A DNA stretch of 60,000 bases from Squalus acanthias (Eukaryota): NCBI GenBank assembly GCA_030390025.1, contig CM059431.1, positions 151,096,001-151,156,000 of the forward strand, written 5' to 3'. Below the pieces are notes generated by a model. The model ran no database searches, was not told the DNA's origin, and saw nothing but the letters and a program-made list of their open reading frames with translations. Below, piece after piece: positions 59,059-60,000 of this stretch (the stretch's first letter is position 1; each line of letters opens with the position of its first letter). A program made the position numbers and the translations under genes.

Positions 59059-60000
59059 CCCGGGGTCCCCTTTTCCCTGGCTCTCCTTTACCCTGGTACT
59101 CTTTCCCCTAGGTCTCTTTCCACGCGGACACTTTTCTGCTGTGTTTCTTTCCCCTGGGTCTCTTTTTACCCTGGATTTCTTTTCCCCTGGGTCTCTTCCC
59201 CCTGAGTCTATTTCCACTGTGTCTCTTTTTCCCTTGGTCTCTTTCCCCTGCGTCTCTTTTCCCTGGCTCTCTTTTCCCCTGGGTCTCATTCCCCTGCGTA
59301 TCTTTTCCCCTGGCTCTCTTTTCCCCTGGGTCTCTTTCCCCTGGCTCCCTTTTCCCCTGGATCTAATTCCCCAGGGTTTATTTTACCTGGGTTTCCTTTC
59401 CCCTGGGACTGTCTCCCCTGGGTCTCTTTTCCGCAGGGTCACTTTTCCCCTGGGTCTCTTTCCCCTGGCTCCCTTTTCCCCTGGATCTAATTCCCCAGGG
59501 TTTATTTTACCTGGGTCTCCTTTCCCCTGGGACTGTCTCCCCTGGGTCTCTTTTCCCCAGGGTCTCTTTTCCCCTGGGTCTCTTTCCCAGGGTCTCTTTC
59601 CCGTTGGACTCTTTCAAACTGTGTATCTTTCCCCCTTTACTCTTTTCCCCTGGGTCTCTTTCCCAGGGTCTCTTTTCCCCTTGGTCTCTTTACCCCTGGG
59701 ACTGATTTGCCCTGGGTCTCTTTCCTCTTGGTCTCTTTTCCCCTGGGTCACTTTCCCCAGGGACACTTTCCCCTGGGTCTCTTTCCCCTTGGTCTCATCC
59801 CCCGGGGACTCTTTACCCCTGAGTCCCTTTTGCCCTGGGTATCCCGTACTTTGGGTCCCTTTTCCCTGGCTCTCCTTTCCCCTGTTCCTCTTTCCCCTGG
59901 GTCTCTTACCGCTGGGTATCTTTTCCCCTGGGTCTCTTTCCCCTGTGTCTCTTTTCCACTGGGACTCTTTTCCCCTTGATCTCTTTCCCCTGGGTCTGTT
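59059..60000 (+). repeat. Satellite array continuing past the SINE to the window edge
   Basis: Same monomer. It parallels ~52500-53220 (ccgttggactctttcaaact at 53011 and 59601) and includes a 124-bp duplication (59341/59465). Confidence 0.95.

Noticed and set aside
2560..60000. Hundreds of long ORFs (up to 1021 aa) with SPGSLFPWVSFPLGLF or GKRPRGKETQGKRDPGE repeats
   Set aside because: The consensus monomer has no A on + and no T on -, so stops are rare in all six frames. ORFs overlap in every frame, mostly use alternative starts, and are frameshifted freely by 15/16-bp variation. There is no sign of coding constraint.
2560..60000. CENP-B box or telomeric (TTAGGG)n tracts
   Set aside because: I saw no TTCG-N4-A-N2-CGGG match by eye (not exhaustively scanned). 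TTAGGG appears only as isolated hexamers within the SINE.

Overview
Vertebrate nuclear repeat DNA, almost certainly from a cartilaginous fish (shark/ray) judging by the HE1-type V-SINEs. I find no credible protein-coding gene, tRNA/rRNA gene or CRISPR array. Bases 1-1340 are a nest of decayed retroelements: a minus-strand tRNA-derived V-SINE, an old CR1 reverse-transcriptase fragment, a degenerate ~17-bp minisatellite and a CR1 3' end. From ~1340 to the end the window is one satellite family with a 15/16-bp monomer, consensus TTT(T)CCCCTGGGTCTC, roughly 3,700 monomers (estimated as length/15.5). It is purine-rich on + left of a 200-N gap (1340-2359) and pyrimidine-rich on + right of it (2560-60000). 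One plus-strand copy of the same SINE interrupts it at 58628-59058. The array is hierarchical. It has many short tandem duplications (78-554 bp), a near-perfect 110-bp heptamer block, a ~1.3-1.9-kb higher-order unit, a 1352-bp tandem duplication, a young ~9-10-kb tandem duplication, and a separate ~4-kb higher-order family in the right third. The hundreds of listed ORFs are compositional artefacts, because the consensus monomer has no stop codon on either strand. The most noteworthy element is the satellite itself and its nested architecture. Any function (centromeric/heterochromatic role, transcription-factor binding, non-B DNA) is inference only.
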